In this document: in pieces, positions 14,452-23,729 of the stretch | Layout: each line of letters begins with the position of its first letter | Numbering within the stretch: position 1 is the stretch's first letter | IMG/VR virus record: IMGVR_UViG_3300010271_000003 | DNA: 42,264 nt | Reading direction: 5' to 3' (one strand) | Source: a virus | The notes under the pieces: generated by a model | Told to the model about the DNA's origin: nothing | Seen by the model: only the letters and a program-made list of their open reading frames with translations | Databases searched by the model: none | Translations under genes and position numbers: made by a program

Positions 14452-16043
14452 GTTCAATCAGGGCATCTCTTTATTTAAAGCATTTCAATAAAGAATATAG
14501 TCCGGAAATCTTGGAGTTCGCTAATAAGCTATTTCCTGATTATATCTTTACTTGGAGAGAAGGAAAGCAGCAGTACGGTTATTGTACGGCATGCAAGAAC
14601 GAGTTCAAAACCGAAGGACTGCATCATAAATATATAGTTATTTGCCCGAAATGCAAAGAAGAAGTCACTGTTCAATCATCAGGTATTAGCCGGACAAGGA
14701 TGATCAATCAAGTTTACTTTATCTATTATGAAAAGTCCGCTGTGGACCCTGAGGCTATCGTGGCCAGAGGCATTTATGGTGTTGAAGATTTCACAGTTAA
14801 AGATTTCAAAAGCGTAGAGCCCAAGCTCATTGATACAACGCTTTATGTCTTCAAAATCGGTGAAAGCGTTATGTTGAGCAGATATACATATTATGATGAA
14901 ATTCAACGCAAAATGCATCCTGCAGGATGGGATAATTTCGAAACATCAACCACAATCTATAGCGAATTGCATACATGGCAGCTTTATAACCAAACGAGAG
15001 GTATTTCGGCTTATTCAATAGACAGCATTGAAAGAGCAGTAGAAGGTACACCTTTTCAATACAGTTGCTGGCAGTCATATAACGACGAGGGCGCGGTCAA
15101 ATTTTTCGACTTATTCTCAAAATATCCAAGGACGGTTGAGTATCTAACCAAGTTGGGCTTTAAGCGACTGATTGAAGCTAAGCTCACCGGGGCCCCAACA
15201 TATGGTGCCGTCAACTGGAAGGGGAAAACCGTATTCAAGATGCTCAGGATAAATCGGGCCGATCTGAAGCTGCTGCGTAATTCGGGCATATCTGTGGATA
15301 GTCCGCTATTTCTGAGATTGTATCAGATGAATAAGAAAGATAAAAAGGGATATACCATCCAGGAGCTCAAGGAGGTCGAAAAAGTACTAACATACGTATA
15401 TCCCCGTGACATCCCTCTACTTACAAAATACTCAACCCTGAGAAAAACATTCAACTATCTCAAAAAGCAATATGAAAAGGGCAATGACCTGAATGTCAGG
15501 AGGCATTTTTATTCACTGAGCGATACCCTGGTCAATTACAGGGATTATCTCAGGGATTGTATGACACTTGAAATGGACCTGAAAAGCGAACGTGTCCTGT
15601 TCCCCAAAGACCTTTACACAGCGCATCAAAACACGATTGCACAGGTAAAAGTTAAAGAAAATGAGAAGCTCGAATTCAGCTTCAAAGTCAGATATGAAAC
15701 ACTGAGCAAGAAATACAGATTTGAGTATGGCGGACTTATTATCAGACCAGTCAAATCGGTAAGGGAACTCATAGAGGAAGGTAAAGCACTCCATCATTGT
15801 GTCGGCACATATGCCGAAAGGCATGCGAGCGGATATTGCAGCATCTTTCTCATCAGAAAAGCAACTGATCCAGACCAGCCTTATTACACACTCGAACTGT
15901 TCGGAGACCGCATTATCCAGACCAGGGGAATGAACAACTGTTCCACTACTCCTGAGATTGATGAGTTCCTGAAGGTCTGGACCGAAGAGAAAATATTCCA
16001 AAAGAAAAAAGGACAGAAAGTAAAAATAACTGTACCGGCATGA
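14448..16043 (+). CDS. PcfJ-like protein (531 aa)
   Basis: ATGA overlap with the upstream gene. It has an N-terminal zinc ribbon (CTACKN...CPKCK) and a C-terminal LHHCVGTYAERHASG...YYTLEL motif, as recalled for PcfJ-like domains. Confidence 0.6.
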   Translation: MSSIRASLYLKHFNKEYSPEILEFANKLFPDYIFTWREGKQQYGYCTACKNEFKTEGLHHKYIVICPKCKEEVTVQSSGISRTRMINQVYFIYYEKSAVDPEAIVARGIYGVEDFTVKDFKSVEPKLIDTTLYVFKIGESVMLSRYTYYDEIQRKMHPAGWDNFETSTTIYSELHTWQLYNQTRGISAYSIDSIERAVEGTPFQYSCWQSYNDEGAVKFFDLFSKYPRTVEYLTKLGFKRLIEAKLTGAPTYGAVNWKGKTVFKMLRINRADLKLLRNSGISVDSPLFLRLYQMNKKDKKGYTIQELKEVEKVLTYVYPRDIPLLTKYSTLRKTFNYLKKQYEKGNDLNVRRHFYSLSDTLVNYRDYLRDCMTLEMDLKSERVLFPKDLYTAHQNTIAQVKVKENEKLEFSFKVRYETLSKKYRFEYGGLIIRPVKSVRELIEEGKALHHCVGTYAERHASGYCSIFLIRKATDPDQPYYTLELFGDRIIQTRGMNNCSTTPEIDEFLKVWTEEKIFQKKKGQKVKITVPA

Positions 16044-16062
16044 TCCGAAAGGGGAGGGTTAT

Positions 16063-17226
16063 ATGGACAAACTGGCAAGGCCTCTTGAACTGATAGAGGC
16101 AGAAATCAACTTTTATAAGGCGCAAGCTGCTAACAGCATAATAGAGATTGGCAAAAGACTGATTGAAGCAAAAGAGCAACTGGGCGAGGGTGAGCGTTTC
16201 CTGGACTGGCTGAAAGAAAAAGTTGATTTTAGCAAGTCCACGGCTTATCGGTTCATGAATGCTGCTAAGGAAGCAGAAAAATTCCCAGCGCTGGGAAATT
16301 TCTCGCCGACGAAAATCTATGCGCTTCTCGATGTCCCTGCCGATCAGCGCAATGAATTTATACAGCAGCATGATCTTGAAGATATGTCTACACGGGAGGT
16401 TGAGGCGGCCGTCAAGGAATGGAAGCAGAAATATGAAAATGCACAGAGGATAGTGGAAGAGAGGACCAAGTACGCTGAAAAGCTCTTGAAAGAGAGACAG
16501 GAATTAGAGTCGGAACTCCGCACAAAAGATCAGGTTCTCAGGAACACTCAGGCGGACGTCAAAATGCTCCAGGACGAACTGAAAAAGAAGAACAATGAAC
16601 TAAAAGAAGAAACGGAAAAGCTCCAGACAAAGCTCAGGGAAGCGCAGCAGGCCAATAACGACGATGAAGTCAAGAGACTTAGAGACCTGTTAAATAAAAC
16701 TGAAGCGGCCCGGAAAGCAGCTGAGGACAGAATAGACGAACTCGAAGAGCAGCTGAAGAGCAAACCAATCGAAATAAGTGCCACTGATACCATAACCGTG
16801 GAGAAAGTACCCGACGAGGTCCAAAAGGAGCTTGAGGAACTCCGCAAAAAGGCAGAACTGGCCAAGAACGATGCTGCACAGAGATACAAGGTCTACTTCG
16901 ATATCATCGTTGATACATACAAAAAGCTGCTTTCAGCCCTGAAAGAAATACAGCAAACCGATCCGGAAAGCTACATCAAGTACCGCAAGGCTACAGCGAC
17001 CATGCTCCAGAAGATGGGAGAACATGTCAAAGATGAACCTGAGTCAACTACTGCACCTCTACCTGTCGGCCGTTGCGGAGAGTGCATACACGCTGACATG
17101 GACCAGGTTTCTGATGAGCAGCTGGACGATGGGAAAGCCCTGTGCGCTATGTCGGGTAAACTTGTCGACTTCGAGGATCCCGCTTGCCAGTACTACAAAA
17201 GTATACGGGAGAGTGAGCAGCAATGA
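16063..17226 (+). CDS. DUF3102-like protein with long coiled coil and C-terminal Cys cluster
   Basis: The N-terminus is INFYKAQAANSIIEIGKRLIEAKEQL...GERFLDWLKEKVDFSKSTAYRFMN. About 150 aa of E/K-rich coiled coil follow. The C-terminus is CGECIH...C...C. Confidence 0.55.
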   Translation: MDKLARPLELIEAEINFYKAQAANSIIEIGKRLIEAKEQLGEGERFLDWLKEKVDFSKSTAYRFMNAAKEAEKFPALGNFSPTKIYALLDVPADQRNEFIQQHDLEDMSTREVEAAVKEWKQKYENAQRIVEERTKYAEKLLKERQELESELRTKDQVLRNTQADVKMLQDELKKKNNELKEETEKLQTKLREAQQANNDDEVKRLRDLLNKTEAARKAAEDRIDELEEQLKSKPIEISATDTITVEKVPDEVQKELEELRKKAELAKNDAAQRYKVYFDIIVDTYKKLLSALKEIQQTDPESYIKYRKATATMLQKMGEHVKDEPESTTAPLPVGRCGECIHADMDQVSDEQLDDGKALCAMSGKLVDFEDPACQYYKSIRESEQQ

Positions 17227-17825
17227 ATAAACGTAGTGCGTTACCCATCATTTTGCCAGTTATCATTTGCTTAGTCGAGTTTTTCGCACTCTTGTTTCTT
17301 ATGGCCGATAGAATCGCCAATTTGAGAAAAACAAGCCAAGAACTGCAGCTTCAGATAGAGCAGATACAGCAGGAAAAAGCTGTTCAGGAATCCCACATCG
17401 ACGAACTTTCACGTCAGATCCGGGAACTCCAGAAGAGTTCCTTGCAGTGGGAGATGGTCGGCCGTGGTGGCGAACGGAAAGCTCAGCAGATAACGTACCT
17501 CGGTGAGTACACCGTCACTGGATATTGCAGCTGTGAGAAATGTTGCGGTCGTTGGGCAAAGAACCGGCCAGGCGGAAAAGTCTATGGGGCCGCCGGCGTG
17601 GAGCTTACGCCTGGTGTATCAGTGGCCGGATGGCTTCCGCTGGGGAGCCGGATCATGATAGATGGCCGTGAGTACATAGTACAGGACCGGACAGCCAAGT
17701 GGGTCCGGGACAAGTATGACAGCAAGATAATTGATATTTACTGTGCAGATCATGAAACAGCTTGGAACATAGGCAACGAGAAACATGACGTGTGGCTAAT
17801 AGAAGGGAGGCCAGATAATGCATGA
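17223..17825 (+). CDS. Membrane-anchored 3D-domain (MltA/RlpA-fold) protein, putative peptidoglycan-active
   Basis: It has an N-terminal transmembrane helix and a coiled coil. Then comes TVTGYCSCEKCCG...GVSVA...GSRIMIDGREYIVQDRT...IDIY, typical of 3D domains. Confidence 0.7.
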   Translation: MNKRSALPIILPVIICLVEFFALLFLMADRIANLRKTSQELQLQIEQIQQEKAVQESHIDELSRQIRELQKSSLQWEMVGRGGERKAQQITYLGEYTVTGYCSCEKCCGRWAKNRPGGKVYGAAGVELTPGVSVAGWLPLGSRIMIDGREYIVQDRTAKWVRDKYDSKIIDIYCADHETAWNIGNEKHDVWLIEGRPDNA

Positions 17826-17970
17826 ATGGATTGTAACCATACTGATGCTTGTTTCAGTAGTCGCCAGCTTCGAAGGAGGGAGGGTATACGAGAAAGCGCG
17901 GCGCAAAGCAGCACTCAAAAGCAAAACTATCAGGTTGATCAAGCCAAAACACTACGACAGGAGGGTTTGA
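17818..17970 (+). CDS. Small membrane protein (50 aa)
   Basis: The peptide is MHEWIVTILMLVSVVASFEGG followed by a basic tail. The start overlaps the upstream stop. It is below the ORF-track length cut-off, and it competes with the 5-prime part of track ORF 17826..18152. Confidence 0.4.
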   Translation: MHEWIVTILMLVSVVASFEGGRVYEKARRKAALKSKTIRLIKPKHYDRRV

Positions 17971-17972
17971 GG

Positions 17973-18152
17973 ATGCCAGAGGTCAATTGCGGTTGGGACA
18001 CATGCAAATACAACAACCCGGAGACAGGCTGTGAGTGTCCTGATGCAGTAACGCTCAGTAACTGTAATGTTGAGCACATCACACCCGATGGAGATACAGA
18101 ATCGACAGAGTTACTGTTCTGCGAGAACTACGAGGCAGGTGATGCAACATGA
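17973..18152 (+). CDS. Small Cys-rich protein (DUF1540-like pattern)
   Basis: ATG follows AGGAGGG. The sequence VNCGWDTCKYNNPETGCECPDAVTLSNC resembles DUF1540 repeats. Confidence 0.4.
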   Translation: MPEVNCGWDTCKYNNPETGCECPDAVTLSNCNVEHITPDGDTESTELLFCENYEAGDAT

Positions 18153-18358
18153 AAATGCGTGTCGAACAGCTCCGGGATGCGGATATCATCGAGGACCGCA
18201 CCAGTGGACCACCGGAAAACATCACGATCGTGCTCACTGAGTATGACGGAAACTACTACGGAAGCAAGACAGAAATAGAAATGCCAGCCAGGGACTACGC
18301 AATGCTCGAGGAAGCGGTAGTCAGCAAATGGCTGGCCAAGCAAAACAGTTCCACTTAA
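18149..18358 (+). CDS. Hypothetical early protein (69 aa)
   Basis: ATGA overlap with the upstream ORF. No motif was recognised. Confidence 0.45.
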   Translation: MKMRVEQLRDADIIEDRTSGPPENITIVLTEYDGNYYGSKTEIEMPARDYAMLEEAVVSKWLAKQNSST

Positions 18359-18387
18359 AAGATATCACAAAGGAGGTCAGAATGTAA

Positions 18388-19344
18388 ATGAGCAACCAGA
18401 TCTATGAAATCATCAACGATTACCCCCAGGATAAATTCAATCTTTTAATACCGGTCCAGAGCATCCAGGAAGTCAACCCAATCTACAGGCTGGTTGTTAA
18501 CCAGGTCAGGATATCCACGGATCTCAATGACAGGGATATATATGAAGAGAAAAACGCTGAAACACAGAACGGTCCTAAAATGTACGCCCTTACCCATAAA
18601 GCTCTGCTGAAATTATTTACGGCCGCTAATGGCCAGATAGTAGAGTCAACCAGGGTCAGGTCCAAGATCTGCGAGAACTGCATCGAGATCGTGAAAGCAA
18701 CCGGCAAGGCTCCGGCATGTGGAAATTGTGCGGCCAGGTCTAATGTCGCTGTCAGGGTGACAATCAAGCTGCCCGAACTTTCCGGAGGCTGGAGGCTGGT
18801 CCAGGCAACAAGAGAGATGGATTTCAGCAACATGACACATCTTAAAGAAGGTCAGCTCAGACAGACAAAGGCATTTGCGTACGAGCATGCTGAAAGCAAA
18901 GCCCTGTCCCGCTGCATCAGAAAAGGCCTGTCGATCAAGAGCGCGTATACAATCGAAGAACTCCAGAAGCCGTTCATCGTTGTGTACCCTGTTCTGGATA
19001 GCCGGGATGCTGATGTCAAGAAGGCACTCATTGCCGGCGCAATAGCCAGCAGCAACCTTCTGTATGGCTCCGGCCTGCAGCTGAGCACGGGTGCGGCACA
19101 AGCATTGCCGGAAGAACACCATGACTATAATCCGGAAACTGGAGAGATCATCGATGAAGATTACGAGGCCGGCCCGCCGAACCCTATGCCCTGGGAAGAG
19201 CAGGAAGAGGAAATCCTGCAGTGCAGCCAGTGCGAAGTTCAGATTGCCAGGAACGTATATGAGTTCAGCGCCAATAAATTCGGTGCTCCGCTGTGCATGA
19301 AATGCCAGCAGGCGGCCAGAAAGCAGGGAGGGAAGCAGGCATGA
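18388..19344 (+). CDS. Zinc-binding protein of the recombination module, possible single-strand annealing protein
   Basis: An AAGGAGG ribosome-binding site is present. There are two Cys clusters (CENC...CGNC and CSQC...CMKC). AESKALSRCIRKGL weakly recalls Rad52/Sak-type motifs. It is coupled to the SbcCD-like gene. Confidence 0.4.
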   Translation: MSNQIYEIINDYPQDKFNLLIPVQSIQEVNPIYRLVVNQVRISTDLNDRDIYEEKNAETQNGPKMYALTHKALLKLFTAANGQIVESTRVRSKICENCIEIVKATGKAPACGNCAARSNVAVRVTIKLPELSGGWRLVQATREMDFSNMTHLKEGQLRQTKAFAYEHAESKALSRCIRKGLSIKSAYTIEELQKPFIVVYPVLDSRDADVKKALIAGAIASSNLLYGSGLQLSTGAAQALPEEHHDYNPETGEIIDEDYEAGPPNPMPWEEQEEEILQCSQCEVQIARNVYEFSANKFGAPLCMKCQQAARKQGGKQA

Positions 19345-22300
19345 AGATACTCCACACTGCTGACTGGCACCTGGGAGCCTACGTCGGGCCCCAGTGCGAT
19401 GATCCGATGAAGAGAATGGAAAACACAATGAAATGCCTGCATGCGCTTCTTGAAACTGCGTGGAAGAAACAGCCGGACATTATCCTGGTATGCGGCGATA
19501 TATTCCACCAGGCGCGTGTATGGTCAGACAGGGCCCTGACGGAAGTTGCAGTAGCGTCCACGTATCTGAACAGGCTCGGGGAGATCGCTCCTGTTGTTGT
19601 CCTCTATGGTACCCCGAATCACGACGGAAGGTCACAATTCAGCATACTGTCAGAACTGACAAAGAATGTTGAATATTTTGTCGCTCCCGGCATCACTATT
19701 GTACCTACAAAATCAGGTGATATTCAGGTCGCTGGCCTGCCTGGCTTTGATAAAGGCCATTTCCGTGCGCAGTTCCCGGGAATGTCAGCCGAGGAAGAGA
19801 ACAAAGTATTTTCGCAGGAACTGGCCAATATCGTAGCCGGCCTGTCGGCCCAGGTGGATCCGAATATCCCATCGGTTCTGATGGCTCACCACACTGTTGT
19901 GGGGGCTGAACTGGATAATGGCGAGCATTTATTCCAAGCAAATGAAGTCGTGCTACCGGCAGCTGCGCTGGATGCCAGCGCGTTTAACCTGGTGTGCCTG
20001 GGGCACATCCACAAGGCTCAGGAGGTAGCCAACTGCTACAAGCCCGTTTTCTATGCCGGATCGATAGATGCTTTCACTTTCAATGATGAAGGGCATAGAA
20101 AGGGCTTCTGGATCCATGAACTTGGCACATTTCAATCACCTATCACATACGAGCACAGATTCATTGAGATGCCGGCAAGGGAGTTCAAAACTGAAAGATG
20201 GGACTCCGGCCTAATTAGCATCTACCAAAAAGAAGGACTTATAACTCGGTGTATTGATGAGGATGAGTACCGCGATAAAGTCGTCCGGGTCCTCTATATT
20301 TGCGATGTTGAGACAGAAAAAGCCTTCAATAAAAAGAAGCTCGAGCAGGATCTCTATGCTGCCGGCGCCTACTATGTAACCGAGATCAGGCCGGAGAAGG
20401 TGACGGCCAGCGTCAACCAAAATGCATTCCACGAGAAGATGACCGTAGAATCGTGCTTGCAGAGGTATCTGGACGAAAAAAATGTAGAGCCTGAAAAAGT
20501 AGTCCAGTTGCTTGAAACAGTATCCGGCATCATTGCCGAGGCACAGGCGAGCATGCCGATGGGTACCGCTTCCGGATTGTTCCTCCCTGTGGAGATCTCG
20601 GTCCGTAACTACCGCTCGTACGTTGAAGAAACATTCAATTTCCAGGATATCTATTTCGCCATGGTCAATGGCAAGAACGGATCCGGGAAGTCCAGCCTGT
20701 TCATGGATGCCATCACTGATTGTCTGTATGAAAAGACCAGGGAAAACGAACTGACCGGCTGGATACGCAATGACGAAAAGTCCGGAAGCATCAGCTTCAC
20801 CTTCCAGCTCGGTAATAACCTTTGGAGAGTAACAAGAACCAGGCAGAGGTCCGGTAAGGGCACGCTGGCGCTGGCAAAACGTGAATTCGCATTCTCTGAT
20901 TATGGAGAAGGAACTAAGGGCGACAGTGGCTATGTCTGGGTTGACCACAGCTGCGATCGCATGACTGATACCCAGCAGAAAATCATCGACTTGCTTGGCA
21001 TGGATTGTGACACCTTCCAGTCCTGCGTACTGATCATGCAGGACCAGTATGGCAAATTCATGGAGGCCGACAAGAGCGAGCGCATGGCTGTCCTGGCTAA
21101 CCTGCTGGGCCTCGGGATATATGATGAACTCTTGAAGCTGACAAAAGAAAAGCTGACAGACGTAAACAGGGAGATCCGGGCAAGCAAGGAAGAGATCGCC
21201 GAACTTGAGAATGAGGTTGCCGGCGAGGAAGATCTCCACGCGGAAAGACGGATGGCGGAAGTCGAGTTGCACGTCGCTCAGGATGACCTTGCCGTGGCAA
21301 AGAACAAGCTGAGCGAGATCCAGGAGAAGTTGGGCGCCATTGCCGGGTATGAGGAAGAGGCTCGGAGACTGCAAAATGAACTGAAGGATATCACAGACGC
21401 CTACACAGCAAAGAAGCAAAAACGCGACGAACTCCAGCGCCGTGTAGAAGAGACGAAGAGCTTCCTGCAGAATGAGCAGAACATCCTGGAGAAATACGCT
21501 GAACTCAAACAAGCCCGGTTGGACCTCGCAGCGCTGGACGGTAAGCTGCAGTTGTTGGCCGACAAAAGAATCCGACATAGTAGGCTTGACCAGGAACTGA
21601 TAGAGATGCGCAGATCACGTCAGATTGCAATGGACAGATTAAACACAATAGAACTTAGGCTGGAAGAGCAGGATCAGCTTCGGAAGACAATCGAAAGCCT
21701 CAGTGACGCAGAGGATGCATTAGAAGAATATGAACTGAAAGCAGCGAGACAAAAGGAACTTGACAACCAACTCAGCAATATTCAGATTATGATGAATAAT
21801 CTGGAGAAACAGACAGAGACGCTGAAAGATTCGGGCTGTATTGATATCGACAAAGCACAGTGCAAATTTTTGCAGTCAGCAAAGGCTGCGTCCACAGCGC
21901 TGAAAGAACTCGATAAAAAAGCTAATGATCTTATAAATGAATTGGTCGAGTTAGATTACAACAGCCACGATCATGTATCTGCCATCAATAACGTTAAGGC
22001 ATATCGCGCCGCAAAAGAAAAACTTGCCCAGTTAGCAGTAGACGCTGCGGCAGCTGAGCAGTTGAGGATCCAGGAGGCTGAGCAACTTAAAAGAATACAG
22101 ACAATTGAAGCAGAACTGGCAGCATTAGAGCCTGAAATACATGAACTTGAGGCGCAAACAGGAAAGGCGGCAGAACTTAAGGCGAAAATATCAGAACTGG
22201 CAAGATTTGAGCGTCTGGAGGGCGAAATCCCAAAAGCAAAGCAGTTTGTTGAATCCACAGAAGGGACAATCGGTCAGCTGAATGCTGATATTGAGGATCT

Positions 22301-23069
22301 GCATAAGCGGTGTGATCAGATCATTGACAGGCTGAATGACCTGGCCGCCATAACGGCCAACAAGGAAGACCTCACCAATGAGAAGCGCCAGGCCGAGGCA
22401 TTTGTACAAACCGTTGAAAAATCGATCTCCGACCTCAATCAGCGTATCGGGCGTATCAATGCTGAACTTTTGGCCATTGAGGCAAAGAAGCTGAAGCTGC
22501 TGGAAAAACAGGAGCAGTTGCGGGTAACTGCCGGCCAGGCGGCAAACCTTGAGATACTGGCCCAGGCTTTCAGCCAGGACGGGATCCCGTATCAGATCAT
22601 CCGGGATATCGTTCCCGAGCTGGAGGCTGCGGCCAATGAGATCCTGTCCCAGATGACCGGTGGCCGGATGCGGCTGGAGTTTGTCACTGAAAAAACCCTC
22701 AAGAGCAACAAAGCAAAAGAAGTGGCTACACTCGATATCATCATCAATGACGTCGACAATGGTGTGTTGCCATACCTGAGCAGGTCCGGCGGACAGAAGG
22801 TACGAGCTGCATTGGCGGTCAGTTTTGCACTTGCCATGATCAAGGCGTCTCGAGTTGGGCTGCAGCTGGGGATGATGTTTGTCGATGAGCCGCCTTTCCT
22901 CGATGCAGAAGGTGTGGACGCATACTGCGCCGCTCTGGCTGCGATCCATGAACGCTATCCTGAGATGAGGATCCTGGCAATATCCCACGACGAAAACATG
23001 AAGAACCATTTCCCGCAACAGATCTATGTTGAACAGACAGAGAACGGTAGCAGGGTGAAGCGGTTATGA
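19341..23069 (+). CDS. Fused SbcD(Mre11)-SbcC(Rad50)-like nuclease/ATPase, 1242 aa
   Basis: The N-terminal phosphoesterase motifs are ILHTADWHLG, VCGDIFH, GTPNHDG, MAHH and GHIH. They are followed by Walker A GKNGSGKSS, about 600 aa of coiled coil, signature SRSGGQ, Walker B MMFVDEP and ISHD. I chose the ATG at 19341 after GGGAGGGAAG. Confidence 0.85.
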   Translation: MKILHTADWHLGAYVGPQCDDPMKRMENTMKCLHALLETAWKKQPDIILVCGDIFHQARVWSDRALTEVAVASTYLNRLGEIAPVVVLYGTPNHDGRSQFSILSELTKNVEYFVAPGITIVPTKSGDIQVAGLPGFDKGHFRAQFPGMSAEEENKVFSQELANIVAGLSAQVDPNIPSVLMAHHTVVGAELDNGEHLFQANEVVLPAAALDASAFNLVCLGHIHKAQEVANCYKPVFYAGSIDAFTFNDEGHRKGFWIHELGTFQSPITYEHRFIEMPAREFKTERWDSGLISIYQKEGLITRCIDEDEYRDKVVRVLYICDVETEKAFNKKKLEQDLYAAGAYYVTEIRPEKVTASVNQNAFHEKMTVESCLQRYLDEKNVEPEKVVQLLETVSGIIAEAQASMPMGTASGLFLPVEISVRNYRSYVEETFNFQDIYFAMVNGKNGSGKSSLFMDAITDCLYEKTRENELTGWIRNDEKSGSISFTFQLGNNLWRVTRTRQRSGKGTLALAKREFAFSDYGEGTKGDSGYVWVDHSCDRMTDTQQKIIDLLGMDCDTFQSCVLIMQDQYGKFMEADKSERMAVLANLLGLGIYDELLKLTKEKLTDVNREIRASKEEIAELENEVAGEEDLHAERRMAEVELHVAQDDLAVAKNKLSEIQEKLGAIAGYEEEARRLQNELKDITDAYTAKKQKRDELQRRVEETKSFLQNEQNILEKYAELKQARLDLAALDGKLQLLADKRIRHSRLDQELIEMRRSRQIAMDRLNTIELRLEEQDQLRKTIESLSDAEDALEEYELKAARQKELDNQLSNIQIMMNNLEKQTETLKDSGCIDIDKAQCKFLQSAKAASTALKELDKKANDLINELVELDYNSHDHVSAINNVKAYRAAKEKLAQLAVDAAAAEQLRIQEAEQLKRIQTIEAELAALEPEIHELEAQTGKAAELKAKISELARFERLEGEIPKAKQFVESTEGTIGQLNADIEDLHKRCDQIIDRLNDLAAITANKEDLTNEKRQAEAFVQTVEKSISDLNQRIGRINAELLAIEAKKLKLLEKQEQLRVTAGQAANLEILAQAFSQDGIPYQIIRDIVPELEAAANEILSQMTGGRMRLEFVTEKTLKSNKAKEVATLDIIINDVDNGVLPYLSRSGGQKVRAALAVSFALAMIKASRVGLQLGMMFVDEPPFLDAEGVDAYCAALAAIHERYPEMRILAISHDENMKNHFPQQIYVEQTENGSRVKRL

Positions 23070-23284
23070 GCAAGTACGAAATCGTCCGTCCTGGCAATGG
23101 TCCGCTTCTCGGACATTACAAGTCTCGGAATCGGGCAGAAGCAGTTTGTCAGGCCCTGAATGAAAAAATTATCAAGAAACGCCGGAGAGCAAGCAGAGAG
23201 GAACTAAGGCCATTTCTGTATTACGTCAGGGAGGTTGCAGATGGAGAAAATCACACAAAAGCAAAAACAGGAGCGCGGGGCTAA
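23066..23284 (+). CDS. Hypothetical protein (72 aa)
   Basis: ATGA overlap with the upstream gene. The protein is basic and no motif was recognised. Confidence 0.4.
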   Translation: MSKYEIVRPGNGPLLGHYKSRNRAEAVCQALNEKIIKKRRRASREELRPFLYYVREVADGENHTKAKTGARG

Positions 23285-23729
23285 AGGGGAGAGCCTCATA
23301 ACGGCCTCTCTCCGGTCCGTCGGACTCTGGAACCACAAGCTGATCAATGCCGGCTACGGTACCGTATTTGACAAGTTGATCATTCCGCCGGGCGGGGGTT
23401 ATGCGATAGAGGTCAAAGTCCGGGAAAAACCAAAAATTGATTATAACACTAAGAGTATCACACTAAACGAACGCCGAGGCCTGGACAGATTCATGCAGCT
23501 GGTCGGTAAGGATCACGCATACATCATCGGGATCTGGCTGACAGAGAACACAAAGCGGGCGTTCCTGATTCCGTGGCACGCAGTCCGGGATGATGTATGC
23601 TCAGGCCGCCGGGGTAGCATCAATATGCTGGACTTTCCGGAGCTTCCGCGTAAGGGCAGCGGATGGGATATGAGTTTTTTTGGAGGAGGTCAGGCGATTA
23701 ATGATGTGCAAAGAATGCTTATATTATAA
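23241..23729 (+). CDS. PD-(D/E)xK nuclease, Hjc-like Holliday junction resolvase
   Basis: ATG follows GGGAGG. The pattern GAKGE...L...G....FDK....GYAIEVK matches the G-x-x-E, D and E-x-K arrangement. Confidence 0.55.
   Translation: MEKITQKQKQERGAKGESLITASLRSVGLWNHKLINAGYGTVFDKLIIPPGGGYAIEVKVREKPKIDYNTKSITLNERRGLDRFMQLVGKDHAYIIGIWLTENTKRAFLIPWHAVRDDVCSGRRGSINMLDFPELPRKGSGWDMSFFGGGQAINDVQRMLIL

Noticed and set aside
20211-21578. Minus-strand ORF of 455 aa inside the SbcCD-like gene; similar cases at 22191..23018, 18646..19428 and 35986..36867
   Set aside because: These lie antisense to E/K/L/Q-rich coiled-coil or otherwise well-supported coding sequence, which statistically lacks stops on the opposite strand. 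They show no start context and no recognisable motifs.
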